This document shows positions 31,147-41,618 of a DNA stretch of 64,000 nucleotides, in pieces. Source of the stretch: Giardia intestinalis (Eukaryota); assembly GCA_000002435.2 (NCBI GenBank), contig CM018792.1. The stretch is one strand, 5' to 3'. The translations under genes and the position numbers were made by a program. The number at the start of each line of letters is the position of its first letter. Positions within the stretch are counted from its first letter, which is position 1. The notes below the pieces were generated by a model. It was not told the DNA's origin and did not search any database. It saw nothing but the letters and a program-made list of their open reading frames with translations.

Positions 31147-33000
31147 CTACGCCTTGCCCCTGCAGATGAACCACCAGCAGAGGAATCCGACGAGGCCTCC
31201 TACAACAACAATCACAGCGACGGAGATCCCCGCGATGGCCCCCGTGGAAAGGCCACTCCTGTTGGTGCTGTCTCCTCCAGTATCTCCGCCGGTGCCATCG
31301 TCAGCCTTTTGTTGCGTTACGTAACAGGTGACAGGGCCATTGCCACCAGCTGGCGGGGCACAGCTTATGCAGTTTTCTACACCAGTTATTGCATTAGAGC
31401 TAGCCTTATCACTATCCGTGCATTTGAAGCATTTATCACCGGCACCTTTGTAATACCCTGCTAAGCAATCTGTGCAGGTTTCCTTACTACCCGCACACTT
31501 CACACATCCTTCAGTACACGCCGGACATTTTCCTCCAGCTGGGCTTTGTCCATTGGCACACGTTTGGCATTGTCCCTTATTCTGTGCAGCCGTACACACA
31601 GAGCTACCAGGAAGCTTCTGTGTGTTGTAGCATCCGCCCGATAACAGAGCGTAGTTTGCCCCACACTCAGTGCATTTCCCGCCACTTGCCTTACATCCGG
31701 AGGCATCTCTCGCTGTTGCAGGTATGGATGTGCAGACGCCGTCGACTGGGGCGTACCCCTCCTCGCACTGATCGCAGTACTTCGAGCCTCCGACGTTCAG
31801 TGAGCAGCCGTCGGCCTTGCAGTGGGCCATAAAGTCTCCCGTGCACTCCTTTATACAGGTACCCTTAGCATTCGTCTCATCACGCTTCAACACGTATCCC
31901 GGATAGCAGGCCGTGCACGACGTTTCTGCGTTAGTACTACAGCTTGCGCACGATTCGTGGCACAGATTACAAACGTTAGCGTCAGTGCGAGTTCCCGCGG
32001 GACAGGCATCTAAGCACGCGTCTCCCAAGGGGCTCAGCTTCTTTTCTGATCCGCAAGCTTCGCAGACGTTGTCCTTACTGCACTTTTCGCAATGCTCCAT
32101 GGGACACACAAAGCAGCCTGTTCCGGCTTCATTGGGTTTTTTAGTACCCTCGCAGGTAAGACACTTAACGGAATCTCCAGTCTTTGAGCACGTCTTGCAG
32201 TCGGCCACACCGCCCTCACTGACACTACCGCAGAGATGGCACTTTTTGTCCTCTGCTATTGGGAAGTGTGTGTTACCACATCCGTTTTCGTCAACACACG
32301 TGCCTGTCCCGTCGCTATTGGCCCCTTCTTTGAAGTATTGCTTACCAGTATCCTTGCAGGAGGTGCATTTATCCTCACCGTTGCCGGTGCACGTTCTACA
32401 ATCTGCATGGCACTGCTGACAGCTTGTAGTGCCATAGTATCCGTCCACACAGCTTTTACATGTGGCCGTCTGTTCTGCACTGCTTTGTCCGGGAGTTTTC
32501 GGGGCGTCGCACGTCGCACAGTTCTGAACCCCCTTATTATGATCCACACCGGCCGTGTTGTTGCATGCAATACAGGACTCCTTCGTTTTATCAGCGTCAG
32601 ATGCAGGATTCTTGAAGTACCCGTCGTGGCAAGCTATGCATATTCCATCCTTATCAGCCGTGGCAGTTCTATCGTTGCACACAAGGAGCCCGATATCGCT
32701 TCCCATCTCGTAGCACCCTCCCCTGTGCAGGAAGAAGCCGGCTTTACAAGATGTACATGTGCCATCATTCTTTGTTGTACATGCTCCTTCAGCATCCTCG
32801 CCTGTAGTTATGCACTTTCCATTGACAAGATGCTCTGCTGCTGTCGAGCACTGGGAGCAGAAGTTTGAGCCCCCAATCCAGACGTCGCACTTTCCTGTTG
32901 CGCACTGTCCTGTTTGCGGGTCACTGCTAGCCTCTGTGCATGTCGTTGCTGCCCATACCACTTGCAGGATGGCGATTCCGAAGATGATTTTCTCGAACAT
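31147..33000 (-). CDS. VSP: Variant-specific surface protein (VSP): signal peptide, CXXC-rich ectodomain, transmembrane helix and the invariant CRGKA C-terminus
   Basis: The track ORF 31147–33021 starts at an alternative GTG. The first ATG (MFEKIIFGIAILQVVWAATT..., a signal peptide) is at ~32998–33000. It has dozens of CxxC motifs, a GGCY motif, and the C-terminus ...[31 protein letters not shown], which is diagnostic of Giardia VSPs. Stop TAG at 31147–31149. Confidence 0.9.
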   Translation of the reverse strand: MFEKIIFGIAILQVVWAATTCTEASSDPQTGQCATGKCDVWIGGSNFCSQCSTAAEHLVNGKCITTGEDAEGACTTKNDGTCTSCKAGFFLHRGGCYEMGSDIGLLVCNDRTATADKDGICIACHDGYFKNPASDADKTKESCIACNNTAGVDHNKGVQNCATCDAPKTPGQSSAEQTATCKSCVDGYYGTTSCQQCHADCRTCTGNGEDKCTSCKDTGKQYFKEGANSDGTGTCVDENGCGNTHFPIAEDKKCHLCGSVSEGGVADCKTCSKTGDSVKCLTCEGTKKPNEAGTGCFVCPMEHCEKCSKDNVCEACGSEKKLSPLGDACLDACPAGTRTDANVCNLCHESCASCSTNAETSCTACYPGYVLKRDETNAKGTCIKECTGDFMAHCKADGCSLNVGGSKYCDQCEEGYAPVDGVCTSIPATARDASGCKASGGKCTECGANYALLSGGCYNTQKLPGSSVCTAAQNKGQCQTCANGQSPAGGKCPACTEGCVKCAGSKETCTDCLAGYYKGAGDKCFKCTDSDKASSNAITGVENCISCAPPAGGNGPVTCYVTQQKADDGTGGDTGGDSTNRSGLSTGAIAGISVAVIVVVGGLVGFLCWWFICRGKA

Positions 33001-33943
33001 TGCCGGCAGCCCATAGAGCACGCAACACCAGGCGACGCTGCCACGTGGTAAGTGAGGATAATGTGCACCCTACGAGGATGCCCCGGTGTAGCGGATCTCT
33101 GGTGTCCTAGTGGCTTCTCCTATGTGTGGCGTCTCTAGGGACCAAGGAGAGAATGTGCATTATGGCATCTCAAGAGCGGCCCCTCGCACATCACCGGTAC
33201 CTATGACAGTAATCATCACTACGTGGATAGGTCCACTCAAGTAATGAATGCACCCACTGCTATGAAACTGGACCGATGCTCCTCACAAGAGCTGCCTGGA
33301 TAAAGGAGAGAGCCACCGACAAGCCTCAGCTGTGCTCTGTCCAGGACCACCACACAGGGGCGAGAAGTCGGCTGGCCGTCACTTTTTAGCAATGACACCA
33401 ACCACTGCCTCTGCTTGGTCCTCCTGGGATGCCTAGAGCGCTCACACATGGATTCTTGTGTGTCCTCCACGGCTATCTGGGCATAGTCGCCACGGTCTCT
33501 CGTAGTTCTGTTCCCTACTGTTACAGGCCACATGCTAGCCGCCTACACAGTACTAGAGCAGCTGTAGACAAGACCGAGGCGGATCGATGAACCAGTGTGT
33601 CTGGCTTCCCCTCTGGCTGTATCTTCTATTCAGTTCAACACTCTCAGATAGCATCCTTTACATAACAGATTTTGTTAAGTACATGGATCCATTCTTAACC
33701 TTCCACTGTTACTACGGACGACCGAGCTGTTTGGCTGGCGTATGCCTCTGTAGACGGTGTTATTCTAAACTATACAATTTACAGGGGTAGGCAGAGAGTA
33801 TGAGGACTGAAGAGAAGGGAACTCAGATAGAGTCCTAGCTCAGCGGGATAGTGTCATCGTGGTCACGTTATCAATGAGTGGCAGGCTTGCACATATAGAA
33901 ACCCTTTGGTACATATTGTGCTACGCTTTATGAAAAACGCTAA
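33001..33943. promoter_or_regulatory. ~0.94-kb divergent intergenic region between the VSP (−) and the high-cysteine membrane protein (+) start codons; the initiator contexts are AT-rich (…gaaaaacgctaaATG for the HCMP gene)
   Basis: There is no ORF of 100 aa or more. It is flanked by head-to-head members of the two cysteine-rich surface-protein families. Its length is unusual against 16–150-bp spacers elsewhere in the window. Confidence 0.35.
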
Positions 33944-36426
33944 ATGCTCGGCCTTTTACCACTGGCTCTCCTTGCTTCTATTTGCAAAAGTTCAAGAGAT
34001 GCGTATTACAACAAGTTCGGCGTGGGATGTGAGGGCAAGCAGGAGAATTGCGCCCAGGATAGGTGCTTTTCCATAGGGTCATGGACGTCATGCACCCAAT
34101 GTATCCCTGGGTATGTTCCAATAGATGGAAAATGCCAGAATTACTCCGGAGCTAGCTCCCCTCCATGTACTCCAGATGATCCCAACTCACCGACTCGCTG
34201 CATCAGATGCACATCAACAGAAAATGTCTTTCTCTTTTATGGCAGCTGCTATACAATTACAACAGCACAGAACAGAAATCTGGGCAATTTCTTGTGCTCT
34301 GAAGCATCGAATGGTGTGTGCACTAAATGCTTTGAAAGTAAGCTTGAAAGATATGTCTTTACCAATCCAGACACAAGTGCAGCTGAGAAGTGCATCCTGT
34401 GCTCCGATACGGTCGGGTTCAATGGGTACAAAGGCGCCTCTGGGTGCCTAGACTGCCTTCCTCCCATCACTGATAAAATAGGCATCGCTCTGTGTGTTAA
34501 GTGTCACTATACTACCGAGGATAGACATTTTTATCCGATTGACTATCAATGCCAAGCCAAAGGGCCTCACAATTGCGTCAATGGTTACTGCACGTCATGC
34601 TACAAGACACATTTGTTCTATGAGTATGGATGTTATAGTCGGCACAGTTCGACTGGATTTGCCATATGCGCGGGGGCGAATCAGTACGAGCTAGATAATG
34701 TTACTATCTGCAAAGAGTGCGCAAATGCATCATACGCACCCAGGAACGGAGCATGCATTCTTATCAAGGAAAATCCATCTATTGAAGAGATCGCTTTTAA
34801 GTGCACAAAGGATCCAACTAAAGGACTATGCACGGCCTGCTCTAGCTCCGCGCCATCTTTCCTCTTCTACGGCGGCTGCTATGACGAGGACGCCCGTATT
34901 AGCTCAAAACTCTGTTCAAGAATTGGATCAAATGCCTGTGAACAATGGAATAGTGCTTTCAAATGGATCTTCTCTAAGAATGGCGATAACAATAAAAATG
35001 GATATCTGTGTGGCGATATTGCAAACGGTGGCATCTCTGGCTGTGCTACGTGTAACTATGCCAGCGGTGCTGTCACTTGCACGCGGTGCTCGGCAGGGTG
35101 CCTAGGAGTGGACGGGAAGTCCTGCAGTGAAGGCTGCAGCGGAGACACTCGGGGAGTGTGCACGAAGGTAACAGAGGGGAGCGAGTCAACTGAAGTGTCG
35201 TGTCGATGCGTCTGCAGGCCGACGTTCTACAACAGCTCCGGAACGTGTACACCATGTACGGACTCGTGCGCTGTCTGCAAGGATGGCACACTAACCGGCT
35301 GTCAGCAGTGCAGCCCCGGCAAGATCCTGAGCTTCTCGATCGTCTCTAGCGAGAGTGCAGACTGTGTCGATCAGTGTTCTGTTGGTAGTGAGTGTGCAGA
35401 GTGCGGCATCACCATCGACGGCAGCAGGTACTGCACGCGCTGCAAGGACGCAAGCACGTATCCGTTCAATGGCGTGTGTATTCCAAACACACAAAGAGAC
35501 GCGTACTGTACCAGCACGGCAAATGGTGCTTGCACTGCCTGCTCAGAAGCGGCCTTCCTGATGAACGGGGGCTGCTACACAACGGAGCACTATCCAGGAA
35601 GCACTATCTGTGATAAGCAGTCAAACGGAAAGTGTGAGAAGACCAAGGAGGGGTACGGGATATCGGCCGATGGAAAGCTGCTGGAGTGCGATCCGACATG
35701 TCTGGCGTGCACTGCCCCTGGCCCCGGCCGCTGCACCAGGTGCCCCTTTGGAAAGCTCCTGAAGAAGGTCTCGGGTGCCGCCACCGGGAGCTGCGTCGGC
35801 CTTAATGCCTGTGTAGACGGGTACTATGCAGACGGAGACGCGTGCCTGCCCTGCGCCACTCCGGGGTGCAAGACCTGCGGACATGCCTCTTTCTGCACAG
35901 AGTGCGCGGGGGAGCTCTTCGTGAGCCTGGACGGGCGGTCGTGCCTGGAGGAGTGCACCGGGGACAAGGTGGTGGGAGAGGTGTCCAGCGGCGTGCAGAG
36001 GTGCTGGTGTGAGCGGGGCTTCCTACCGGCACTGGACAGATCCGGGTGTGTGCTCCCAACCGAGTGTCCCCCTGACATGTCGTGGTGTGCTGCCTGCGAT
36101 ACGTCGGGTAAGTGTCTCTCGTGTGCCGCCTCGAATCATAACATCCAGACAGATCAGCGGACGTGTGCAGAGGGGTGCGGCGCCAGGGCCTCATCGAACC
36201 AGGGGCTGTGCATGTGCGAGCTTGACGCGGTCCTCAGAAGGGCATCTGTGTTTCGACCAAGGAGCTGGCCAAGAAGAGAACGGCGGCGATCGCAGGAGGG
36301 ACGGTGGCCGGGGTCATTGTGATTGGGAGCCTGGTTGGCTTCCTTTGCTGGTGGTTTCTCTACCGGGGCAAGCGAATTGGTGCCTCTTTGAGTACTGTGG
36401 GACTCGTTCAATCCAAGTCTATGTAA
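33944..36426 (+). CDS. High-cysteine membrane protein (HCMP/VSP-like, ≥792 aa of ectodomain) with a +1 frameshift at ~36222–36240 that separates the ectodomain from its transmembrane and short cytoplasmic tail
   Basis: Track ORF 33944–36322 has ATG confirmed, a signal peptide [16 protein letters not shown], many CxxC motifs and GGCY/GSCY motifs. The main frame ends ...[41 protein letters not shown]. The +1 frame from ~36226 reads (stop)[66 protein letters not shown] (stop ~36424–36426). That is the family's canonical membrane anchor (…GFLCWWF…) with a non-CRGKA tail, as is typical of HCMPs. Confidence 0.75.
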
Positions 36427-37526
36427 CGCTCCCAAGAACTTGTTGATATACGTGTCTATGATAGGGCTATGCCCATATTGTGCTGAGCACCATTCTCGGT
36501 GTCCTTCTACAGTGAACAACTTGATCTGCGTCCACGCTGTCTTGCTGCGGCACCCCTGGGCATATTCTAGCTAACGGGGCAGAAAAGCGAAGTCTACTCA
36601 CATTATTCGCCTTGCATCTGCAAATCCGTGTGAGATCAGCGAGAAGCGGCTTCAGATACCCTTAGGTACCCTGCTTGCTAGTTGCCATCCCGAGGCACGT
36701 GATCACATCAGATACCGTTGTGAGCTTATCCCTCACACAAGTAATCATTAGCTTGGAGATGCAACCTGGTCCACCTGTACAGGGCCTTTTCCCCTGTGTA
36801 GACGTTACCAGGACAGAACAAGATGCACGAAGAACTCGTTGGCACCTGCTCTGCGCAAGTCTAGCAGCCGACATTATCTGACTTTGGATGGGCTTCTGTA
36901 ATTCTTCCTTTTAGGCATGGACTTGCTTCTGCACCAATGGCATGTGGAATATCCTAGTCTCTCAACTTAAGCACCTTTAGGAAGCAAACGCTATTTAGTA
37001 TTCAAAGGTACATCAGCTTCCCGGGTTGCCGTCGATGTCTAAGGCTATCTCTCTAGGAACTACTGTCAGCCTTGCATGCACTCATTCTAGTGCCCCATTA
37101 ATATAAGAGCTGCATTTCTTAGTCACAAGCATCAACAGCTAGTGAAGAGGTTCAATACTTCGAGAAGGTATTTCCTGGGGATCCATTCTATACTTGCAGT
37201 AATTAAAGCTCCTGCTGCAACCCTACTATTAGTTATCTGTTTTATTGGCTAAACTACACCTTTGCTACTGAACCTAGTGTGTTTCTAGGCATCACCAATG
37301 CTTGCATAGTCAACAGAAAATTGCGCTAAATCATTGGTACGGATGTACTTGTTACTATTTAATGTGCAATCCTTTCGTCTTTGTCTGCAGATAACCCGCT
37401 AATATTGAAGGAACAACAGAATTAAGACATATCTATGAGAAGCGCTGGAGAATATCCAGGCTTCAGATCCAGCAGTTCAGCTTACGCTAGGCTACTCACT
37501 CTATCATCAGTGATGAGATCACTTTG

Positions 37527-39686
37527 ATGAAACAGAGTAAACAATTTTATCACAAGGTTTGGGCAGAAAAGATTTGTACACACATTCCTCTTACTATGAA
37601 TCTCGCTGAAAAACTGAAATTAGACTATGAAATAAGGCTTCGGGAGGCACCTAGCAATAAGCTGTGGAGCCAGTATGCTCGTTGGGAGGCTTCTCAAGGC
37701 CGAGTAAGAGCTGCATGCGTCATTTGTGAAAGATACTTAGACTCTACCGCCGATCCATCTGAGGATATGTGGCTTCTCTATGCAGAACTGTCTCCTTCAC
37801 GCTCCATGAAGCTGGACATTTTTACCCGTGCTATCCAGCAACAGCCCCTTTCCACAAGATTACATCGCTCCATGCTACAGTGCTTCCTATCGCACGATGG
37901 AGCACCACTTTTGTCTATAGCAGACATAGAGCATTTAGTTAAGAACTGGATGAACAGGGTACTCGAGCATGGTTCTCCTAGCCATTTAGAGGCCCTGTTT
38001 AAGACTCTAGTTGATAGTCTAGAGCAACTAATTTGCTATAGCTCTATTCAGCAATGTGAGGAGCTTGCGCTTTTGCTTCTGCATGCTTATGCTTCTATTC
38101 CTGGAGCCAGAGACCCTCTGTGCTTTGTCTTTAATGCTCTTCAGCAGCTTATCGAACAATCTGGGTTTAATCGAAGAAAGCTGTTTATTAGTGCGCTCAA
38201 GATCTTCACGCTAATCTTTCCAACTCTGTCTTCCTTCAGCGAACAATATTTAGCTTTACATCGTCTTTATTTGCTGTACGAATTCATGCAGCCGCGCCTT
38301 CATTCTCTTTTCTTTGCTGAAACGCTGGTCTCTAGCCCTGTTAATAATACGAGTGAGTCACCCTTTAAATCAATCTATGCACTTCTATTTGCTGCTCGGA
38401 CTAACCTGGAGACAGCTCCTTCGCTGGGTGTTACCGAACTCTGCCTATTATTGGCATATGACTCTCTTCTAACACTACAAGTAGATGATAGAATTTTTCA
38501 ATCTGGTTGTTGTTCAATCTTTAATATTGTGAGCCCGGTGCAACTGTTTGGTGAATCCTGGTTTGACAGACTCAGTGTTATCCAGCTCATTATTGAATCT
38601 GAGCTGTTTGTGCTTAGAAAAACTACAATCACAGAAGTGCTGAAAAATTTAGTACTATCGATGGGCAGCCATTCTTATCAGTCTAATAGCTTATCTGATG
38701 AGCAACTTGTTCAGCTTTACTCTTCAATCCAGCATCTCCTTCAGCGCTTCCCCTCTGAACCTGAAGCATTTAAAAGTGTAGAGTACTTGTTGAGCGTTTG
38801 CCTACCCACCATTCTGTCCAGGTTCGACCAACTTTTCGGATTAGTAGAAGGCCTTCTGCAGATGCTACTTACATCTCCCAGGTGTGCACGGTTTACTGAC
38901 AGGATACTCTCAATTATAGAAGAAGTGGATCCTATGCTTTTTGATCCGTGTACAATCAGGTTGGTGTTGAGGGCAATGGCGTCAAGAACGTTGATCACCG
39001 AAAATCTATCTGGCACAACGCTAGCTCGTATAGTATCCTGCAGTATTATTAATGGTGAGATAACGATGGCTATAGATGTCCTGCTATTAGCTCGGAACAA
39101 ACAGCCATGCTTTGAATTGTTCCAAAATATTATTAGAATCATATTTGATAATACAGAAGCTAAAGGCATGTTCAGCACAACAATTAGGTGCCTAAGTGAA
39201 ATAACATCCATTTTATTAAGTGACGTAGAGTTTCGTAATGATATTATAAACTTCTCGTCAAATACAACCTTAGATTTGAATTACATATCTGTCAAAGATT
39301 TCCTAGATTGCTCAGCTATTGTATTGTTGCTTTTTCTTGCATGCATGACGCAGCAATTAGCAGAAAACCACATATTCGATGGTGCAATCTTTGAAGATAT
39401 CATTGGGAGCGTGCTTAAGCAGGTTGAGATTGTGCACATAGGCGTTAAGATGGGCGATATTATCCTAGTGGATCAGTACGCGAAGCTCAGCAGCTTGATT
39501 GGTACAGTGTTTGAGTACTATGAGCTGATTACCGGTGCAGAAGCAATATCGGGGAGAGTCGCGCTCGAGTGTGTAGTGAGTGTAAAGGACAAGGACCAGA
39601 GTAGATCTCTTCTTTTATATGAGGTTGTCCCGATTGACCGCTCCGATGGAGATGGGCTCCTCAAGCTGTTGGACAGAGTGGAGTAA
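37527..39686 (+). CDS. Hypothetical protein (~719 aa, leucine-rich, α-helical by composition)
   Basis: The track ORF 37524–39686 begins at an alternative TTG; the first ATG is 3 nt later (MKQSKQFYHKVWAEK...). I recognise no motif. It is convergent with the next gene, with only ~11 bp between the stop codons. Confidence 0.5.
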   Translation: MKQSKQFYHKVWAEKICTHIPLTMNLAEKLKLDYEIRLREAPSNKLWSQYARWEASQGRVRAACVICERYLDSTADPSEDMWLLYAELSPSRSMKLDIFTRAIQQQPLSTRLHRSMLQCFLSHDGAPLLSIADIEHLVKNWMNRVLEHGSPSHLEALFKTLVDSLEQLICYSSIQQCEELALLLLHAYASIPGARDPLCFVFNALQQLIEQSGFNRRKLFISALKIFTLIFPTLSSFSEQYLALHRLYLLYEFMQPRLHSLFFAETLVSSPVNNTSESPFKSIYALLFAARTNLETAPSLGVTELCLLLAYDSLLTLQVDDRIFQSGCCSIFNIVSPVQLFGESWFDRLSVIQLIIESELFVLRKTTITEVLKNLVLSMGSHSYQSNSLSDEQLVQLYSSIQHLLQRFPSEPEAFKSVEYLLSVCLPTILSRFDQLFGLVEGLLQMLLTSPRCARFTDRILSIIEEVDPMLFDPCTIRLVLRAMASRTLITENLSGTTLARIVSCSIINGEITMAIDVLLLARNKQPCFELFQNIIRIIFDNTEAKGMFSTTIRCLSEITSILLSDVEFRNDIINFSSNTTLDLNYISVKDFLDCSAIVLLLFLACMTQQLAENHIFDGAIFEDIIGSVLKQVEIVHIGVKMGDIILVDQYAKLSSLIGTVFEYYELITGAEAISGRVALECVVSVKDKDQSRSLLLYEVVPIDRSDGDGLLKLLDRVE

Positions 39687-39697
39687 GGCACAATGCA

Positions 39698-41602
39698 CTA
39701 TGGTAGGGCAACGGTGAGGTCGTAGGAGCTTCCACTAATAGTAGTGGGTGAAAGAAACGTGGCTCTGTAAATAATCAGTCCGCACACATTGCTTGGCTCT
39801 TCACTAGTGACAGTTACAGGGGCTTCGGGACGCACATCGTCGGGGCTTGCCTTTCCAGTAGGTACCTCAGAGGCGAAGGTTTCATCAGTTTCATGCTCAG
39901 TCTCTCTGAAGGAAGTGATGGCGGGCATAAGAAATAAGTCATCGTCGTCGTCATTAGGAGGATGCTGACATTCATCTTCGGTTGATGTTGGAGGAATCTT
40001 GTGTAAAACATCTGTGCAGGTAGGCATATCCTCATCAAGTGAAGGAGCATCTGGAGTATCACATAGTCCAGACGAATGGACACACTGACGGTAGGTGTGC
40101 ACAACCTCAGAAGGTGCATCGTCATATAACTCGGGCATGGAGACACGATCGATATTGGAGAGTGGTCGTGGGAGACTACAAAGCTCACCTTGGATCTTCT
40201 TTAGAATTGCGTGTATTCCACCATCGGTGCTGGCTTTGCTCTTTCTCGGAAGTGCCCCGGGCGCCGGAGGTTTGGCGTTCCTTGGCATAGAAGACCCGTC
40301 TGTCGGGGCGTGATATTTGGTAAAGAGCGAGCCACTGCCACTACGCTGTGATGGAGCGGAGCGAGTTGAATAAACCTCGTATTGATCGGTCTCTTCCCTG
40401 TGCTGGACAGGGACTACCACAATCTCCTTTCCCTGATGGAGATACTCGTCGGCTACCTTTCTAAACTCTGTAATACGCTGTCCTTCTTTGATTAATAGCT
40501 GCCTTATCTCGTCACTTGACACAGGCATGTCAGGCGCCCCAAATGCTGTCTCCAGAAATTGTGAGAGCATTTCAGGAAGAGAACTGAAGTCCATAGGCTT
40601 CAGAGTCGGTATTGGTAATCCCAAGAGTAAAAATAGGGAAACATCTGCAGAGGTAAATATCCCCGTTTGGTCCGATCTTTGCTCTTTCGGGGCAGAATCA
40701 TCAACATTTGAGGTTATCCAAACACCGTACTCCACTGACCTTTTATAAAAGGCGGCCACGGCATCGCTTACAGTGTCAATACCCACAAATTCACCTTTGT
40801 CAGGGTCATCGAAAAATCCAATGAGGAGCATCAGTTTAATAACAACCTCCTCTGTGAAGATGTTTTCTGTTAAAAGACGTGCATACCATGATTCTGTGCA
40901 GTTTTGACTAATTGCTTCAGCTGAAAACAGAGGAAGATTCAGGGGCAGCTTGCATTGAGCTCTTGTTCTCTCTAAGGCAAAAGTTACTCTTGATGTCAAC
41001 GATCTAATGCTGAGAACGAGTTCTGCAATACGTTTTCTTGAGCTAGTACTCGCTTTTGTGTGGTTCTCATTTAGCATCATCAAGAAGCTGCGAATAGCTG
41101 CTTGCCTTTGGTGGGTAAGATCTACATATTCTTTTTTAAGACCAAGAATAACTCGCAAGCGGCACCCATAGATCTTTTGCGCGGCAGTGTCTCCTTTTAG
41201 TACATTCCATGCATACCGCCGCTCGCCCTCAGACAGATATAAGGCCTCCCATATTCGAGAAATCGTTGCCTTCTCGTCTCCACTGCGTATTTTTAGCCGT
41301 CCAGATGCTCCTGGTGAAGTGGTAGGGGTTCCAGCACTTGAGGGCAAAGAGTCCCTCAAGCTTAGGCTTGGCTTCCGTATATCTACGGACTTGCTCTCTG
41401 AAATACTGTGTCCTAGTGAGCGCTGCGTCAGGGGTGATTGGCGCTGATAGATACTCCTTTCCACAAGGAGATTTTTTCTGCGATAGGGCGTGGCATCCGA
41501 GTGCCTTCTAGATGTTGCAGCAGAAGCTGTCGAGGCGGAGACCCCTAGACTGGCGTCCGAGGATGCAGTCAGCAGACGCCCTGAAAAGGCCGAGGGCTCC
41601 AT
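39698..41602 (-). CDS. Hypothetical protein (634 aa; Ser/Thr/Pro-rich N-terminus, acidic DDDDD stretch near the C-terminus)
   Basis: Track ORF with ATG confirmed (MEPSAF...). No recognised domain. Confidence 0.5.
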   Translation of the reverse strand: MEPSAFSGRLLTASSDASLGVSASTASAATSRRHSDATPYRRKNLLVERSIYQRQSPLTQRSLGHSISESKSVDIRKPSLSLRDSLPSSAGTPTTSPGASGRLKIRSGDEKATISRIWEALYLSEGERRYAWNVLKGDTAAQKIYGCRLRVILGLKKEYVDLTHQRQAAIRSFLMMLNENHTKASTSSRKRIAELVLSIRSLTSRVTFALERTRAQCKLPLNLPLFSAEAISQNCTESWYARLLTENIFTEEVVIKLMLLIGFFDDPDKGEFVGIDTVSDAVAAFYKRSVEYGVWITSNVDDSAPKEQRSDQTGIFTSADVSLFLLLGLPIPTLKPMDFSSLPEMLSQFLETAFGAPDMPVSSDEIRQLLIKEGQRITEFRKVADEYLHQGKEIVVVPVQHREETDQYEVYSTRSAPSQRSGSGSLFTKYHAPTDGSSMPRNAKPPAPGALPRKSKASTDGGIHAILKKIQGELCSLPRPLSNIDRVSMPELYDDAPSEVVHTYRQCVHSSGLCDTPDAPSLDEDMPTCTDVLHKIPPTSTEDECQHPPNDDDDDLFLMPAITSFRETEHETDETFASEVPTGKASPDDVRPEAPVTVTSEEPSNVCGLIIYRATFLSPTTISGSSYDLTVALP

Positions 41603-41618
41603 AGTCTTAAATTTTTAC
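41603..41618. promoter_or_regulatory. 16-nt AT-rich spacer (agtcttaaatttttac) separating the divergent start codons at 41602 (−) and 41619 (+); a minimal bidirectional initiator
   Basis: Both ATGs were located by translation, giving ...ggctccat|agtcttaaatttttac|atgaaaggtggg.... Confidence 0.45.

Noticed and set aside
33825-33900. tRNA 5'-end-like string 'gagtcctagctcagcgggatagtg' (resembles acceptor + D-arm TAGCTCAG…)
   Set aside because: There is no complementary D-stem 3' half (GAGC), no anticodon stem and no GTTCRANYC T-loop downstream.
35000-36520. Stacked ORFs on both strands over the 3' third of the HCMP gene (for example 35802–36194 −, 36009–36446 +, 36154–36519 −)
   Set aside because: They are Arg/Pro/Ala-rich translations of a GC-rich Cys/Gly-codon region. 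One of them (36009–36446 +) is simply the third frame across the frameshift site, and none has any motif.
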